Shown: in pieces, positions 20,981-31,077 of the stretch
Numbering within the stretch: position 1 is the first letter of the stretch
Layout of the letters: each line of letters starts with the position of its first letter
Assembly: GCA_964534625.1 (NCBI GenBank)
Contig: CAZHRF010000003.1
Location: forward strand, 1-64,000
From: an uncultured archaeon
GTDB lineage: Archaea > Asgardarchaeota > Heimdallarchaeia > Heimdallarchaeales > Heimdallarchaeaceae
Direction: 5' to 3'
DNA length: 64,000 nucleotides
The notes under the pieces: generated by a model
Seen by the model: only the letters and a program-made list of their open reading frames with translations
Told to the model about the DNA's origin: nothing
The model's database searches: none
Translations under genes and position numbers: made by a program

Positions 20981-23722
20981 TTACTTGTTACGTGAAATTT
21001 TTTTACTTTTACGCACTAGTTGATCAAGTAGATTTATCGCTTCAATGGGTGTAAGTTTATTTACATCCAATGATGACATATCATCAATAAACCTTGCTTC
21101 TAAACCATCTGATCTAGCACGAGATTTATCTGAGTGTGTCTTTGTACTGGCTTTTTGTAAGCTCGTATGACCTAATAAAGTAACTTGCCTGAAAGTTTTT
21201 CTTTGAGGCGTAGTTTGATCTTGTTCTTCTATCTCTTTTTCTTTCTCGTCTCCATTTATTTTTTCATGTAACATTGATAAAATAATATTAGATCGTTCAA
21301 TAATTCTCTCCGGTAAACCAGCCAAACTTGCTACATGAACGCCATATGATTCGTCCATACCACCAGACTTTACTTTATAAAGAAAATGAATATCTCCATC
21401 AACATCTTTAGCTGCTACATGATAATTTTTTGCTCTAGGTAACGTATGTTCTAATTCAATAAGTTCATGATAATGAGTGGCGAATAATGTACGTGGACCA
21501 AGTTTTCCTATATTATTGTGTAAGTACTCTGTCAAAGCCCAAGCAATACTTATACCATCAAAAGTGCTTGTTCCTCTACCCACTTCATCTAAAATGATGA
21601 AACTTTTGTCTGTTGCATTATTTACTATATTAGCTGTTTCATACATCTCTTGCATGAAGGTAGATCTGTGTTCTACCAGCACATCATGAGCACCTATCCT
21701 TGTAAAGATACGATCAGTCAAGCCTATTGTAGCAGATGAACAAGGAACATATGAACCCATATGCGCCATCAAAATAATAAGAGCCACTTGTCTAAGATAC
21801 GTGGACTTGCCAGCCATATTTGGACCGGTAATTATTAGAATTCTTTCTTCATCTTGTTTCATTACACAATTATTAGGAATAAAAGAACTTGTTTTCAATA
21901 ATTGTTCTACAACAGGATGTCTCCCATCAGCAATATCAATAATTTCTTCTTCAACGATTTTAGGTTTACAGTAATTATAATAAGAACCATTATGAGCAAA
22001 CGTACATATAACATCTATCAAAGCATAGTAATAGGCATCATTTTGAATTCTTTCCGCATATTTTGCTATTTCTCTGAGAATCTCCATAAATAATTGTTCT
22101 TCAAGTATTAACATTTTTTCTTCTGCATTCAATATTTTTGTTTCATACTCTTTTAATTCAGGGGTAAAGAAACGCTCTGAATTTACTAATGTTTGTTTGC
22201 GTTCATATTCATCTGGAACATTTGAACTATAGGTATTGGGGATTTCAATAAAGTAACCAAAAACTTTGTTAAATTTAACTTTAAGAGATTTAATATTGGT
22301 CTTTTTCTTTTCTCTTGCTTCTAAAGAAGCAAGGTATTGTTTACCATTTTTACGTATCTCTCTATAAGAATCTAATTCTTCATTATATCCATTACGAATA
22401 ACATTTCCAGATTTGATAGATGATGGAACTTCATCAGCAATGCTACGATCTATTAGGGAGACAACTTCATCTATTGGATCCAAATTAGAGTGAATTTCCT
22501 TAATTAAACTGCATTTAAATTTCTCAAGAATCTTTTTCATTTCAGGTACCAATTTTAGAGAAGATTTTAATGCCAATACATCACGGGGTTTACATCTTCC
22601 CAAACAAATCCGCCCTATTATTCTTTCCATATCGTTTAAATCTTTTAATAAGTTGCGTAAATCTTCTCTTGTAATTATATCATTATATATTTCTTCTGTA
22701 GAGTCTAATCGCTTTTCAATTATTTGTTTTTGAAAGCTGGGTCTTAAAATCCATGAGGTTAATAATCTTGACCCAGCGGAGCTTTCAGTATTGTCTAAAA
22801 TACTGAGTAAAGTACCATAGGTGCTCCTATCATTAAGATTTTCCACCAACTCAAGACTTCGTATACTATTTGCATCCAAAATCATATGTTCATTACTACG
22901 TATTGGACTAATCTTAGTAATATTACTAATGTCGTTCCGCATCTGAGTTTCTTTAACATAACGCAAACAAGCACCAGCGGCCCCCACGCCTGGTTCATAA
23001 TCGTCCACTCCAAATCCACTTAAACTCAATGTCTCAAAATGCCTACAAAGTTCTTCTTTTCCTTGTTCAATATCAAAATAATAGTCTTCTTTAAAAGTTA
23101 TTGTACAATCTTCATCATCAATATACAAGTCAAGTTTTTTCCAAAGATTTTGTTCTACAATAATTTCAGAAGGGCTTAATCTTGTTATTTCTACTTCCAG
23201 CTTTTCAAGTGGATTACTATTATGACCCGTTAAACTTGTTACAAGAAATTCACCAGTCGATAAATCTAATGCAGAAAACCCTATAGAGCTCTCTTCTTTA
23301 CTCAGTGCAACAAGATAATTATTCTTTTTATCAAAAGACTCTGAAAGTGTAATGGTACCCCGGGTAATTAACTGTGTTACTCCTCGTTTTACTATTGTTT
23401 TTGCTTCTGATGCATCTTCTAACTGTTCAACTATTGCAACTTTATAACCCTTTTCAACCATTTTTGTTAAATAGGAATCAACTGAATGATAGGGAACACC
23501 AGCCATAGGTATAGGAGTACGATCACCAAGTTTTTTGGCTGTCAAAGTTATATTTAGAACTCGCGATGCAATCTTGGCATCCTTATAAAAAGTCTCATAA
23601 AAATCGCCTGCACGAAAGAATATAATGTGATCCGGATAATTTTTCTTGATATTATACCATTGTTTCATCATAGGTGTTAGTTCTGCTCGTATAATATCTT
23701 GTAGATCATTAGATTCATTCAT
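20981..23722 (-). CDS. mutS: DNA mismatch repair ATPase MutS1
   Basis: TPMMKQ, GDFYE, GPNMAGKST, DEVGRGTST, FATHYHEL, SYGVHVA. Confidence 0.96.
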   Translation of the reverse strand: MNESNDLQDIIRAELTPMMKQWYNIKKNYPDHIIFFRAGDFYETFYKDAKIASRVLNITLTAKKLGDRTPIPMAGVPYHSVDSYLTKMVEKGYKVAIVEQLEDASEAKTIVKRGVTQLITRGTITLSESFDKKNNYLVALSKEESSIGFSALDLSTGEFLVTSLTGHNSNPLEKLEVEITRLSPSEIIVEQNLWKKLDLYIDDEDCTITFKEDYYFDIEQGKEELCRHFETLSLSGFGVDDYEPGVGAAGACLRYVKETQMRNDISNITKISPIRSNEHMILDANSIRSLELVENLNDRSTYGTLLSILDNTESSAGSRLLTSWILRPSFQKQIIEKRLDSTEEIYNDIITREDLRNLLKDLNDMERIIGRICLGRCKPRDVLALKSSLKLVPEMKKILEKFKCSLIKEIHSNLDPIDEVVSLIDRSIADEVPSSIKSGNVIRNGYNEELDSYREIRKNGKQYLASLEAREKKKTNIKSLKVKFNKVFGYFIEIPNTYSSNVPDEYERKQTLVNSERFFTPELKEYETKILNAEEKMLILEEQLFMEILREIAKYAERIQNDAYYYALIDVICTFAHNGSYYNYCKPKIVEEEIIDIADGRHPVVEQLLKTSSFIPNNCVMKQDEERILIITGPNMAGKSTYLRQVALIILMAHMGSYVPCSSATIGLTDRIFTRIGAHDVLVEHRSTFMQEMYETANIVNNATDKSFIILDEVGRGTSTFDGISIAWALTEYLHNNIGKLGPRTLFATHYHELIELEHTLPRAKNYHVAAKDVDGDIHFLYKVKSGGMDESYGVHVASLAGLPERIIERSNIILSMLHEKINGDEKEKEIEEQDQTTPQRKTFRQVTLLGHTSLQKASTKTHSDKSRARSDGLEARFIDDMSSLDVNKLTPIEAINLLDQLVRKSKKISRNK

Positions 23723-23745
23723 TGCGTTTTCCTCTCATTTTTTGA

Positions 23746-24558
23746 TTAACAATTAAATGCTTCTTTTTTGGCTATGTAATATTCATATATTTCCCTTGGT
23801 TGTTTATTTGGATTTGCGGCGCCCCAGGAAAAGATAGCTTCTGGATCATCATCGTCTTCAGAATACCAATTATCATCAGCTAGGGTATCACTTAAACTTG
23901 AAATAATGTTTATACCAGAACTCGCACCAAGCCGTGTTGCTCCTGCATTAATCATGCGAATAGCAGTTCGCCCATCACGAATCCCACCAGCAGCCTTAAT
24001 ACCCATATTATCTCCAACAGTCCTTTTCATCAATCTCACATGATCAATAAAAGCCCCCATTGGACCAAAACCTGTAGAGGTTTTAACATAATGTGCTTCT
24101 GCAGCCATACAAATTTTGCAAGCTTTAACTATTTGTTCATCCGTCATATATCCTGTTTCTAAGATAACTTTCACTTCTTTACCCTCTGCAGCTTTTACTA
24201 CTTGCTCAATTTCTTTCCTAACATATTCATAGTGTTCATCTCGAAAATATCCGACATTCATAACCATATCAATCTCATTTCCCCCTCTTTCAATTACTTG
24301 GGATGTTTCTAGTACCTTTGTTTTAGTTGTCGTACTACCTAATGGAAAACCCACTACAGCAGCAATTTGAACGGATGTGTCACCTAATAATTTATGGCAT
24401 AAAGTAACATAGCAACTGTTAACACAAACTGCACCAAATTGATATTCTACTGCTTCATTACACAATCTATGGATATCCTTTTCTCTTGCATAAGGATTAA
24501 GATTTGTGTGATCTATCATTCTTGCTAATTCATTTGGAGATACTTTTTTGGAATACAC
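23746..24558 (-). CDS. deoC: Deoxyribose-phosphate aldolase with C-terminal extension
   Basis: IDHTNL, VGFPLG, EIDMV, VKTSTGF, KAAGGIR. Confidence 0.93.
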   Translation of the reverse strand: MYSKKVSPNELARMIDHTNLNPYAREKDIHRLCNEAVEYQFGAVCVNSCYVTLCHKLLGDTSVQIAAVVGFPLGSTTTKTKVLETSQVIERGGNEIDMVMNVGYFRDEHYEYVRKEIEQVVKAAEGKEVKVILETGYMTDEQIVKACKICMAAEAHYVKTSTGFGPMGAFIDHVRLMKRTVGDNMGIKAAGGIRDGRTAIRMINAGATRLGASSGINIISSLSDTLADDNWYSEDDDDPEAIFSWGAANPNKQPREIYEYYIAKKEAFNC

Positions 24559-24828
24559 AAATAATAAAAATATTAGAGTTTCAAAAATATTCCGAATACT
24601 AATTCATAAAATATTTTTATCATATAAAAGTTCCGGCTTATAGAATAATTCTCTTACGCTCTTTTCTCTTGTATCTATTACTCTACACTTTTACATTAAT
24701 GATTCCGTTAACTCTATTATCACTTTAATTTTCCAAATTGAAACAAAAATAAAATACTATTAAGCCAAAATCTTTAAAATTGTTACAGAAGGTTTTGAAC
24801 AAGAGCAAAATAGAAGAGGTATATATGA

Positions 24829-26919
24829 ATGAAAAAAACAAAGGGTGTATTTACTCTTTCAATATTTTTAGTCCTTTTATTCTTTACAACAGTATTAAGC
24901 ATAAGTCAATCTATGCCTAATCAAGAACAACAAACAGATATGATCCCTGCCAACATGGAACAAACTATCACATCTCGAATGGATGATGATTTTACTTTGC
25001 AAAATGTAGGGTTAGAAGAATTGAATGTAACAGCTGAAGTTACACGCAGTATAAATATTGAGTATTATGGCGTGGTATCAATCAATGATACAATTAAGTT
25101 GGATAATATTGGAAATGAAAATATTACTTACTTCAATTACACCTTACCTAATATCAATGTAGATAAACTGAGATTCATTCGAATAAAAGCAAATGACTCA
25201 GATAAGCAATTGATGTCCGGAGAATCCTCTAGAATATATAAGTTTAACAGAAATATCAATTATACAACGTATAGAGTTCCATTACTTGCAAATGAAACAG
25301 TCTTCTCTCCAGAAGTTTTTTATATTAATGTTTATACTGAATTTGCTTATCCATATGAAGTCTCCCTAGATTTCAAAGAACAAATTTTGCAGTATACAGA
25401 ATTATTATATCCATTAATCAACAATATTGGCATGATAGAAAGCAAAACTACAGTTAAGAAGCAAACACCAGCAGCTGTTGAACCTTTCCTTAACGATAGT
25501 AAATATCTGATTACACCTACTGAATATGTAACATCAAATGCAAGCACGGGTACATTAGAATGGACAAATTTCACCAGACATGCTTTTAATTACACACAAA
25601 ACTACGAAGATGATTTACAAATCAATGTCTATACACGATCCACAACAGTAACAGAAACGCAACCAGGAGAGACATTTGCACAATCAACTAACTTGTTTAA
25701 AGCTGAATATCTACATCGAAAAATACAAATTGACCCATATGGACAATTAATTGTTACAGAAACACAAAAAATAGTTGCATTGGGACCAAAAAGACCAGAA
25801 GATGATCCACTAAATAAACTTCATCCATTTGCAATTAATGCAATTCCAATTGTTCTACCTCCAAGTGTTAAAGTACTACAGTTATATGATGACATGGGTT
25901 CATTAAATCAAAGACAAAAACTCAACGAAAACGGTATTTGGGAAAGAGCAGCATTTTCTCTACAAGAGAGTGCAATATTTACAGATCATATGGCATTAAC
26001 AGTTCAACCTCGTGATCCATTATACGGGGGAGATGAAATGAAATTTACTGTTATCTATGAAATTCCATTGGAAGATTTTCTTTATAGAAAGAAAGGGACA
26101 ACTGCTTATTCCTTCAAAACAACACCAAGCTCAATATTCAACTGGACAGTAGATAAAATTACTTTAGACATTTATCTGCCTAGAGGAGCAGTATATACAA
26201 CATCGAACTATTCAAGTCCTGATCCATATCAATATGCGTCTGTAGGATATGAGAAGGTTTTCAAGTTATCAAAATTGGGTTTTGAAAGGATATTATCGTT
26301 TAATTTCCAAGACTTCTCTGGATCTCATAATGTAATGTTCACAATCAATTTCAACTATTCAAGAATGAATCTATTGATAAGCTGGTTAATGTTAGCTTTC
26401 GTTGTTGGATTGCTTGCTCTTACATATATTGGAATAAGTAGATTCTCAAAACGTGCGAAGGAGCTTACAGGACAAGTAGAAGAAGAATATATCCCTGGCG
26501 ATGAAATCAAAGAATTTGTAAAAGCGTATGAGGAAAAACTTTCAGTTCAAGAAAGGATTGAACAAACAAGGGATAAAGTAAACGCAAGGAAACTAACAGT
26601 TCGAGAAGGTAAAGAAATTTTAGCAAAATTAAGAAAAAGATATCGAAACATTGAAGAACAGTTGAGGAAAGCAAAGGAAAATCTTGCTGAACAAGGTGGA
26701 AAATATAAACGTACTGTTCAAGAAATTGAGATAGCCGAACGAAAAATGCTTGAAAACAAGAGAAATCAGAAACAATTAAGACATGAATATAGGACAAAGA
26801 AGACATTGACCAAAGAATCCTATATTAGATTGTATAATGAAAGAGAACGAGAAATCGAAAAACTAAGAAATTCCATTGATTCGAAATTAATTGATTTAAG
26901 ATTGCTATTGGAATCTTAG
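24829..26919 (+). CDS. Ribophorin I (OST1/RPN1)-like oligosaccharyltransferase subunit
   Basis: Signal peptide, VTRSINI and LHRKIQIDPYG strands, PRDPLYGG (cf. PRFPLFGG), single TM helix, cytosolic coiled coil. Confidence 0.8.
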   Translation: MKKTKGVFTLSIFLVLLFFTTVLSISQSMPNQEQQTDMIPANMEQTITSRMDDDFTLQNVGLEELNVTAEVTRSINIEYYGVVSINDTIKLDNIGNENITYFNYTLPNINVDKLRFIRIKANDSDKQLMSGESSRIYKFNRNINYTTYRVPLLANETVFSPEVFYINVYTEFAYPYEVSLDFKEQILQYTELLYPLINNIGMIESKTTVKKQTPAAVEPFLNDSKYLITPTEYVTSNASTGTLEWTNFTRHAFNYTQNYEDDLQINVYTRSTTVTETQPGETFAQSTNLFKAEYLHRKIQIDPYGQLIVTETQKIVALGPKRPEDDPLNKLHPFAINAIPIVLPPSVKVLQLYDDMGSLNQRQKLNENGIWERAAFSLQESAIFTDHMALTVQPRDPLYGGDEMKFTVIYEIPLEDFLYRKKGTTAYSFKTTPSSIFNWTVDKITLDIYLPRGAVYTTSNYSSPDPYQYASVGYEKVFKLSKLGFERILSFNFQDFSGSHNVMFTINFNYSRMNLLISWLMLAFVVGLLALTYIGISRFSKRAKELTGQVEEEYIPGDEIKEFVKAYEEKLSVQERIEQTRDKVNARKLTVREGKEILAKLRKRYRNIEEQLRKAKENLAEQGGKYKRTVQEIEIAERKMLENKRNQKQLRHEYRTKKTLTKESYIRLYNEREREIEKLRNSIDSKLIDLRLLLES

Positions 26920-27185
26920 TCTTTTTTCTTTTTTTCATGAACTGTAAACTTCATCTTTGTGCACTTTTTAACAATAGTTTTGTTTGCCTTAGAAGTACTT
27001 TTGGTTGTCATGTGAAATGAACTCTAAGGTGCATGTTTTTTTATCAATTGATTAAATAACTTTGATTAAATAATACTATTATTTTATCTCGACAAAAAGT
27101 TTAAAATGCAATCTTGTTAGACTTAGTTTAACAAAAAGTATATACACAACCCCTAATAAAAATATTAGCAGAGTCATGGATTAAC

Positions 27186-27596
27186 ATGTTCTTAGATAAT
27201 AATACTTCCACAAGTGCAGATATGATCAAAAAAGAAGTACCAGGATTATATGATGTAGCACCAGATTTGGCAAACACACTACGGGAGGGTAGATTCTTTC
27301 TTGATAAACTATTTGACATATGTACTAAAAAAAACAAAAATATAGACTTAACTTCAGAAGAACAAGATGAAATCTCTTTAAAAGTTGCCTTGGTGAAAAA
27401 TCCAGAACAAGTAATCCAATATGCTAGAATTGTTCAAATGGTTTTTCAACTCAATTATTTTAGTAAATGTTATATAAAAGCACTAAGCTGTAATGAACTA
27501 CCAAAGGTTATAATAAAAGAAGCAAAAACTTTACTTAAAGATATTGAAAGATTTCGCAAGATGATAGAAGAAGAATATGTTACAAAACTAGATTGA
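27186..27596 (+). CDS. Hypothetical protein
   Basis: 136-aa helical ORF upstream of the E1-like gene; no motif recognised. Confidence 0.6.
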   Translation: MFLDNNTSTSADMIKKEVPGLYDVAPDLANTLREGRFFLDKLFDICTKKNKNIDLTSEEQDEISLKVALVKNPEQVIQYARIVQMVFQLNYFSKCYIKALSCNELPKVIIKEAKTLLKDIERFRKMIEEEYVTKLD

Positions 27597-27636
27597 TTAG
27601 AATCATTTATATTCTAACGTATAGTAAACTGTTCTG

Positions 27637-28401
27637 ATGTGCAAGTTTAAAGACAATAAAAACAAAAGATATAATAGACAAATACTAATTGATGGAATTG
27701 GAGAGAAGGGACAAGAAAAATTGTTTCACTCTAAAGTATTAGTCGTAGGAGCAGGAGGACTGGGTTCTGGTTGTTTATATTATCTGACTGCTGCAGGAGT
27801 GGGGAAAATTGGGATACTTGATAAAGATAAAGTAGAGTTGTCAAATCTTAATAGGCAAATTTTATTTAATGAAACAGATATCAAAAAGTCCAAAGTAGAA
27901 TCGGCCAAAAATAAATTACAAAAATTGAACAAAGATGTAGAAATTCACTCTTATCAAGAAGAAATAAATGAAGAAAATGCTTCTAGGATTATAAAAAACT
28001 ATGATTTTGTAATAGAAGCATCTGATAATTTTGAAACTAAATTTTTAGTCAATGATACTAGTGTAAAGTTGGGAATACCTTTTTCAATTGGAGGAGTGAT
28101 AACATTTGAGGGACAATTACTTACAGTCATCCCACATAAGACAGCTTGTTATCGTTGTATTTTCAAAAAGATACCCAAGAAAGGCACATATAAAACGACA
28201 AAAGAGATGGGGATTATGGGGACAACAGCAGGATTATTTGGTATTATTGAAACTAATGAGGCAATCAAATACTTAATATATGGAGACAATGGCGCCAGAC
28301 TATTAACAGATAAAATTTTATTTGCAGATTTACAGTACAATACATTTGAAGTAATACAAGTCCAAAGAGATAAAAAATGTTCTACCTGTGGTTCAGAATA
28401 A
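27637..28401 (+). CDS. MoeB/ThiF/E1-like adenylyltransferase
   Basis: RYNRQ, GAGGLG, SNLNRQ, CYRC and CSTC zinc ligands. Confidence 0.92.
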   Translation: MCKFKDNKNKRYNRQILIDGIGEKGQEKLFHSKVLVVGAGGLGSGCLYYLTAAGVGKIGILDKDKVELSNLNRQILFNETDIKKSKVESAKNKLQKLNKDVEIHSYQEEINEENASRIIKNYDFVIEASDNFETKFLVNDTSVKLGIPFSIGGVITFEGQLLTVIPHKTACYRCIFKKIPKKGTYKTTKEMGIMGTTAGLFGIIETNEAIKYLIYGDNGARLLTDKILFADLQYNTFEVIQVQRDKKCSTCGSE

Positions 28402-28451
28402 TTAATAGTATATCCGAACGATGAGTTAAAAAACATATAGAAAAGAGTCGG

Positions 28452-29132
28452 ATGAAAAAGATGAATGAAAGAATGAACAATAACCAATCATCAATTGAAG
28501 AAGCGAATAATATGGAACAATCCATTCCGCTAAGACTAATAGGTCATATGATCTTTGCAAGTTCCAGTTTTGAAAATTTAAGTGATAAATATTTAATACT
28601 AACATCAATCATCATTATTTTATCTCTTTCGATTCTTAAAGTACTCAATTTTATCATACTGATAAGTAAACTAAATATTCAGAATATTACAGAAGAGATA
28701 GAAAGAAGTATAATGGCATTTCACTTTGGGGAGTTTATAAGTCCAATTGTTAGTATTACTCTTTGGAGCATCTTATTCTATGCCACATTTAGGTTTTTTA
28801 TGAATAAAGTAGAGCTGAAATCCATATTAGTCTTTTTCATTTCTCAAATACCTAGAATTATTGGTAAAATAATTCTAATAGGGATAATCCTAGCAGCAGA
28901 AAGTGTTACAATAACTATTGAAGAAACTCAAACACTAGCAGAAATCATAGTTTTAGGGTTTCCTACATGGGCATTGGCCAATCTAATAATAGGGTTGATA
29001 ACCACAATCTATTCTTTTCTTATTGCAGGTTATGGAATGAGTAAAAGAAATAAAACGTCACCAGTATTGGGATTCATAATTGGTGGATTTGCTTCTTTAG
29101 TTTATCTAGTTGGTAATTTATTTATATTCTAA
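28452..29132 (+). CDS. Yip1-like multi-pass membrane protein
   Basis: Five hydrophobic segments with SQIP motif; arrangement resembles Yip1. Confidence 0.5.
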   Translation: MKKMNERMNNNQSSIEEANNMEQSIPLRLIGHMIFASSSFENLSDKYLILTSIIIILSLSILKVLNFIILISKLNIQNITEEIERSIMAFHFGEFISPIVSITLWSILFYATFRFFMNKVELKSILVFFISQIPRIIGKIILIGIILAAESVTITIEETQTLAEIIVLGFPTWALANLIIGLITTIYSFLIAGYGMSKRNKTSPVLGFIIGGFASLVYLVGNLFIF

Positions 29133-29349
29133 AGTCAAGTATAAAATAACAGAGTATAGTACATAGGTTTTTATTTTTTATACTTTCAAAGAAAATACAA
29201 ATGCCCCAAAAAGTAATATATTCGTATTATATTTATAATACATATTGTGGTACTTTACCCTAAGGCCCCAATACAAGCACACTTAACATAAATTTCAGAT
29301 ATGATTTTTTATTCACTATCTTTTTTAGAGATAAAAAAGTAAAATTTTT

Positions 29350-29943
29350 ATGTTTCTATTGATTGGCAAAAACATGAATAATGACCCCTCATATTTTATA
29401 CATGATTCAGCTTTTGTAGAAGATAATGTAAAACTTGGAAACGGAACAAAGATTTGGCACCAAGTACAAGTCAGACGAGGAGCATCATTGGGAGATAATT
29501 GCATAGTGGGGAAAGCTGTTTTCATTGACTTTGACGTTAAGATTGGTAACAATGTTAAGATCCAAAATCTTGTTAGTGTGTATCATGGGGTTACCATTGA
29601 AGACGACGTTTTTGTTGGCCCACATGTTTGCTTTACTAATGACTTCTTACCTAGAGCTACAAACCCCGATTGGACTTTAGTACCAACCTTGGTAAAAAAA
29701 GGAGCCAGTATTGGCGCTAACTCAACTATTGTTTGTGGAAGTACTTTGGGCGAATATTGTATGGTTGGAGCAGGAAGCGTAGTAACAAAAGATGTTCCTG
29801 CTTTTGCTTTAGTTTTTGGCAATCCCGCTAGACTGCAAGGTTATGTATGCTATTGTGGAGAAAGGGTCATTAAAACTACTAGACCTTTAGAAAAAGGGAC
29901 TAAGTTAGAATGTACTAAGTGTGGTAAGAAAATAGAATGTTAA
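29350..29943 (+). CDS. Hexapeptide-repeat N-acetyltransferase (WbpD/WlbB-like)
   Basis: KIWH, KIQN, FTND..PR, GNPAR; start probably ATG 29374. Confidence 0.9.
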   Translation: MFLLIGKNMNNDPSYFIHDSAFVEDNVKLGNGTKIWHQVQVRRGASLGDNCIVGKAVFIDFDVKIGNNVKIQNLVSVYHGVTIEDDVFVGPHVCFTNDFLPRATNPDWTLVPTLVKKGASIGANSTIVCGSTLGEYCMVGAGSVVTKDVPAFALVFGNPARLQGYVCYCGERVIKTTRPLEKGTKLECTKCGKKIEC

Positions 29944-30195
29944 ATTGAGGATAGAGGGTATATTGTTTATATGCCCTTTTTATATATTATATAAACACTT
30001 CACACCCTTAACAAAAAGAAAACTTAAAAATAGCTTTTAGTGAACTGGTTTACTAACTGGATATCAACCAGAATTGCAGTGTTACAAAGATATATATTGG
30101 ATAAACACTTAGGTTATGTACTTCAATGTTCGTCTCCTATGAACGAATAATCTATATATATTGACCATAAATGATCCAGTATCTTTACTCATAAG

Positions 30196-30423
30196 GTGAA
30201 AAATTTGCATTTAATATCAATCCGATTACCCGCTGAATTTGTTGAAATTATTGATGAAATGGTTTTAGATGGTAGATTAGCATCAAGATCTGAAGGAATT
30301 AGGTTGGCTTTAAGAGATTACTATAAAGCGCATTATGAAATAAAACAACAATCAGTGGAATTTCAGTTTCCTGAAATTGGAGAAATTAAACCCAATCTGA
30401 TAATTTATGAAGATGAACAATAA
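30196..30423 (+). CDS. Ribbon-helix-helix protein (CdrS/CopG-like)
   Basis: ISIRLP..IDEMV..GRLASRSEGIRLALRD. Confidence 0.8.
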   Translation: MKNLHLISIRLPAEFVEIIDEMVLDGRLASRSEGIRLALRDYYKAHYEIKQQSVEFQFPEIGEIKPNLIIYEDEQ

Positions 30424-30567
30424 ATTTTTCTTGATAAATTAAGTTTTAGAGTGGGCTATACTAGAATATAGATATAAGTAGATGGATTGATTCTTTGCAC
30501 AATTCTATATAGTATGGTTTTTCCGTTTATTTTTTATGATTCTTTAAAGATCCAGTTCACTTCAAAT

Positions 30568-31059
30568 CTAAATAGAGATTATTTCCGTACTTAATAGATG
30601 CTTTCTTCTATATCCATTTGATTCTTGGAGTGCCTTCTGATATTCGAATAATAATTCAGGTTGCGTTTCTAAATAGCCCATTACTATTGATTTTGCGCCT
30701 TCTTTTACACGTTCCACACCATATGCGTTTGTTAAATCGCAGTACCAAACGAACCACTGGATCTTATACTTAGATTTACCAATTTTTTTAATTTTAAATA
30801 AAATTGGAAATAACTTACAATCAAGAGGTCTAATATCATATATTATACATATTCCTTTTTCGCTTAAAAAGTAACATTCATTTGTTTTGTTCCTTTTTTT
30901 TACAACATATTCACCCGACTCTTTTATTTCTTCCTTCCAATTTGCATGATATAAATCAATTTTCTTTATGTCCTCACTAGTCAGCCCCGGAGGTGTACTT
31001 TTACAACATTTACTTCTACATATTCTCTCACAAATATCGATATTATTTTCAATAATCAT
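30568..31059 (-). CDS. YkgJ-family cysteine-cluster protein
   Basis: CxxxCxxxCC, CYFL..C.IY..RP..C..FP. Confidence 0.82.
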   Translation of the reverse strand: MIIENNIDICERICRSKCCKSTPPGLTSEDIKKIDLYHANWKEEIKESGEYVVKKRNKTNECYFLSEKGICIIYDIRPLDCKLFPILFKIKKIGKSKYKIQWFVWYCDLTNAYGVERVKEGAKSIVMGYLETQPELLFEYQKALQESNGYRRKHLLSTEIISI

Positions 31060-31077
31060 TCCATCACCTAACTCTTT

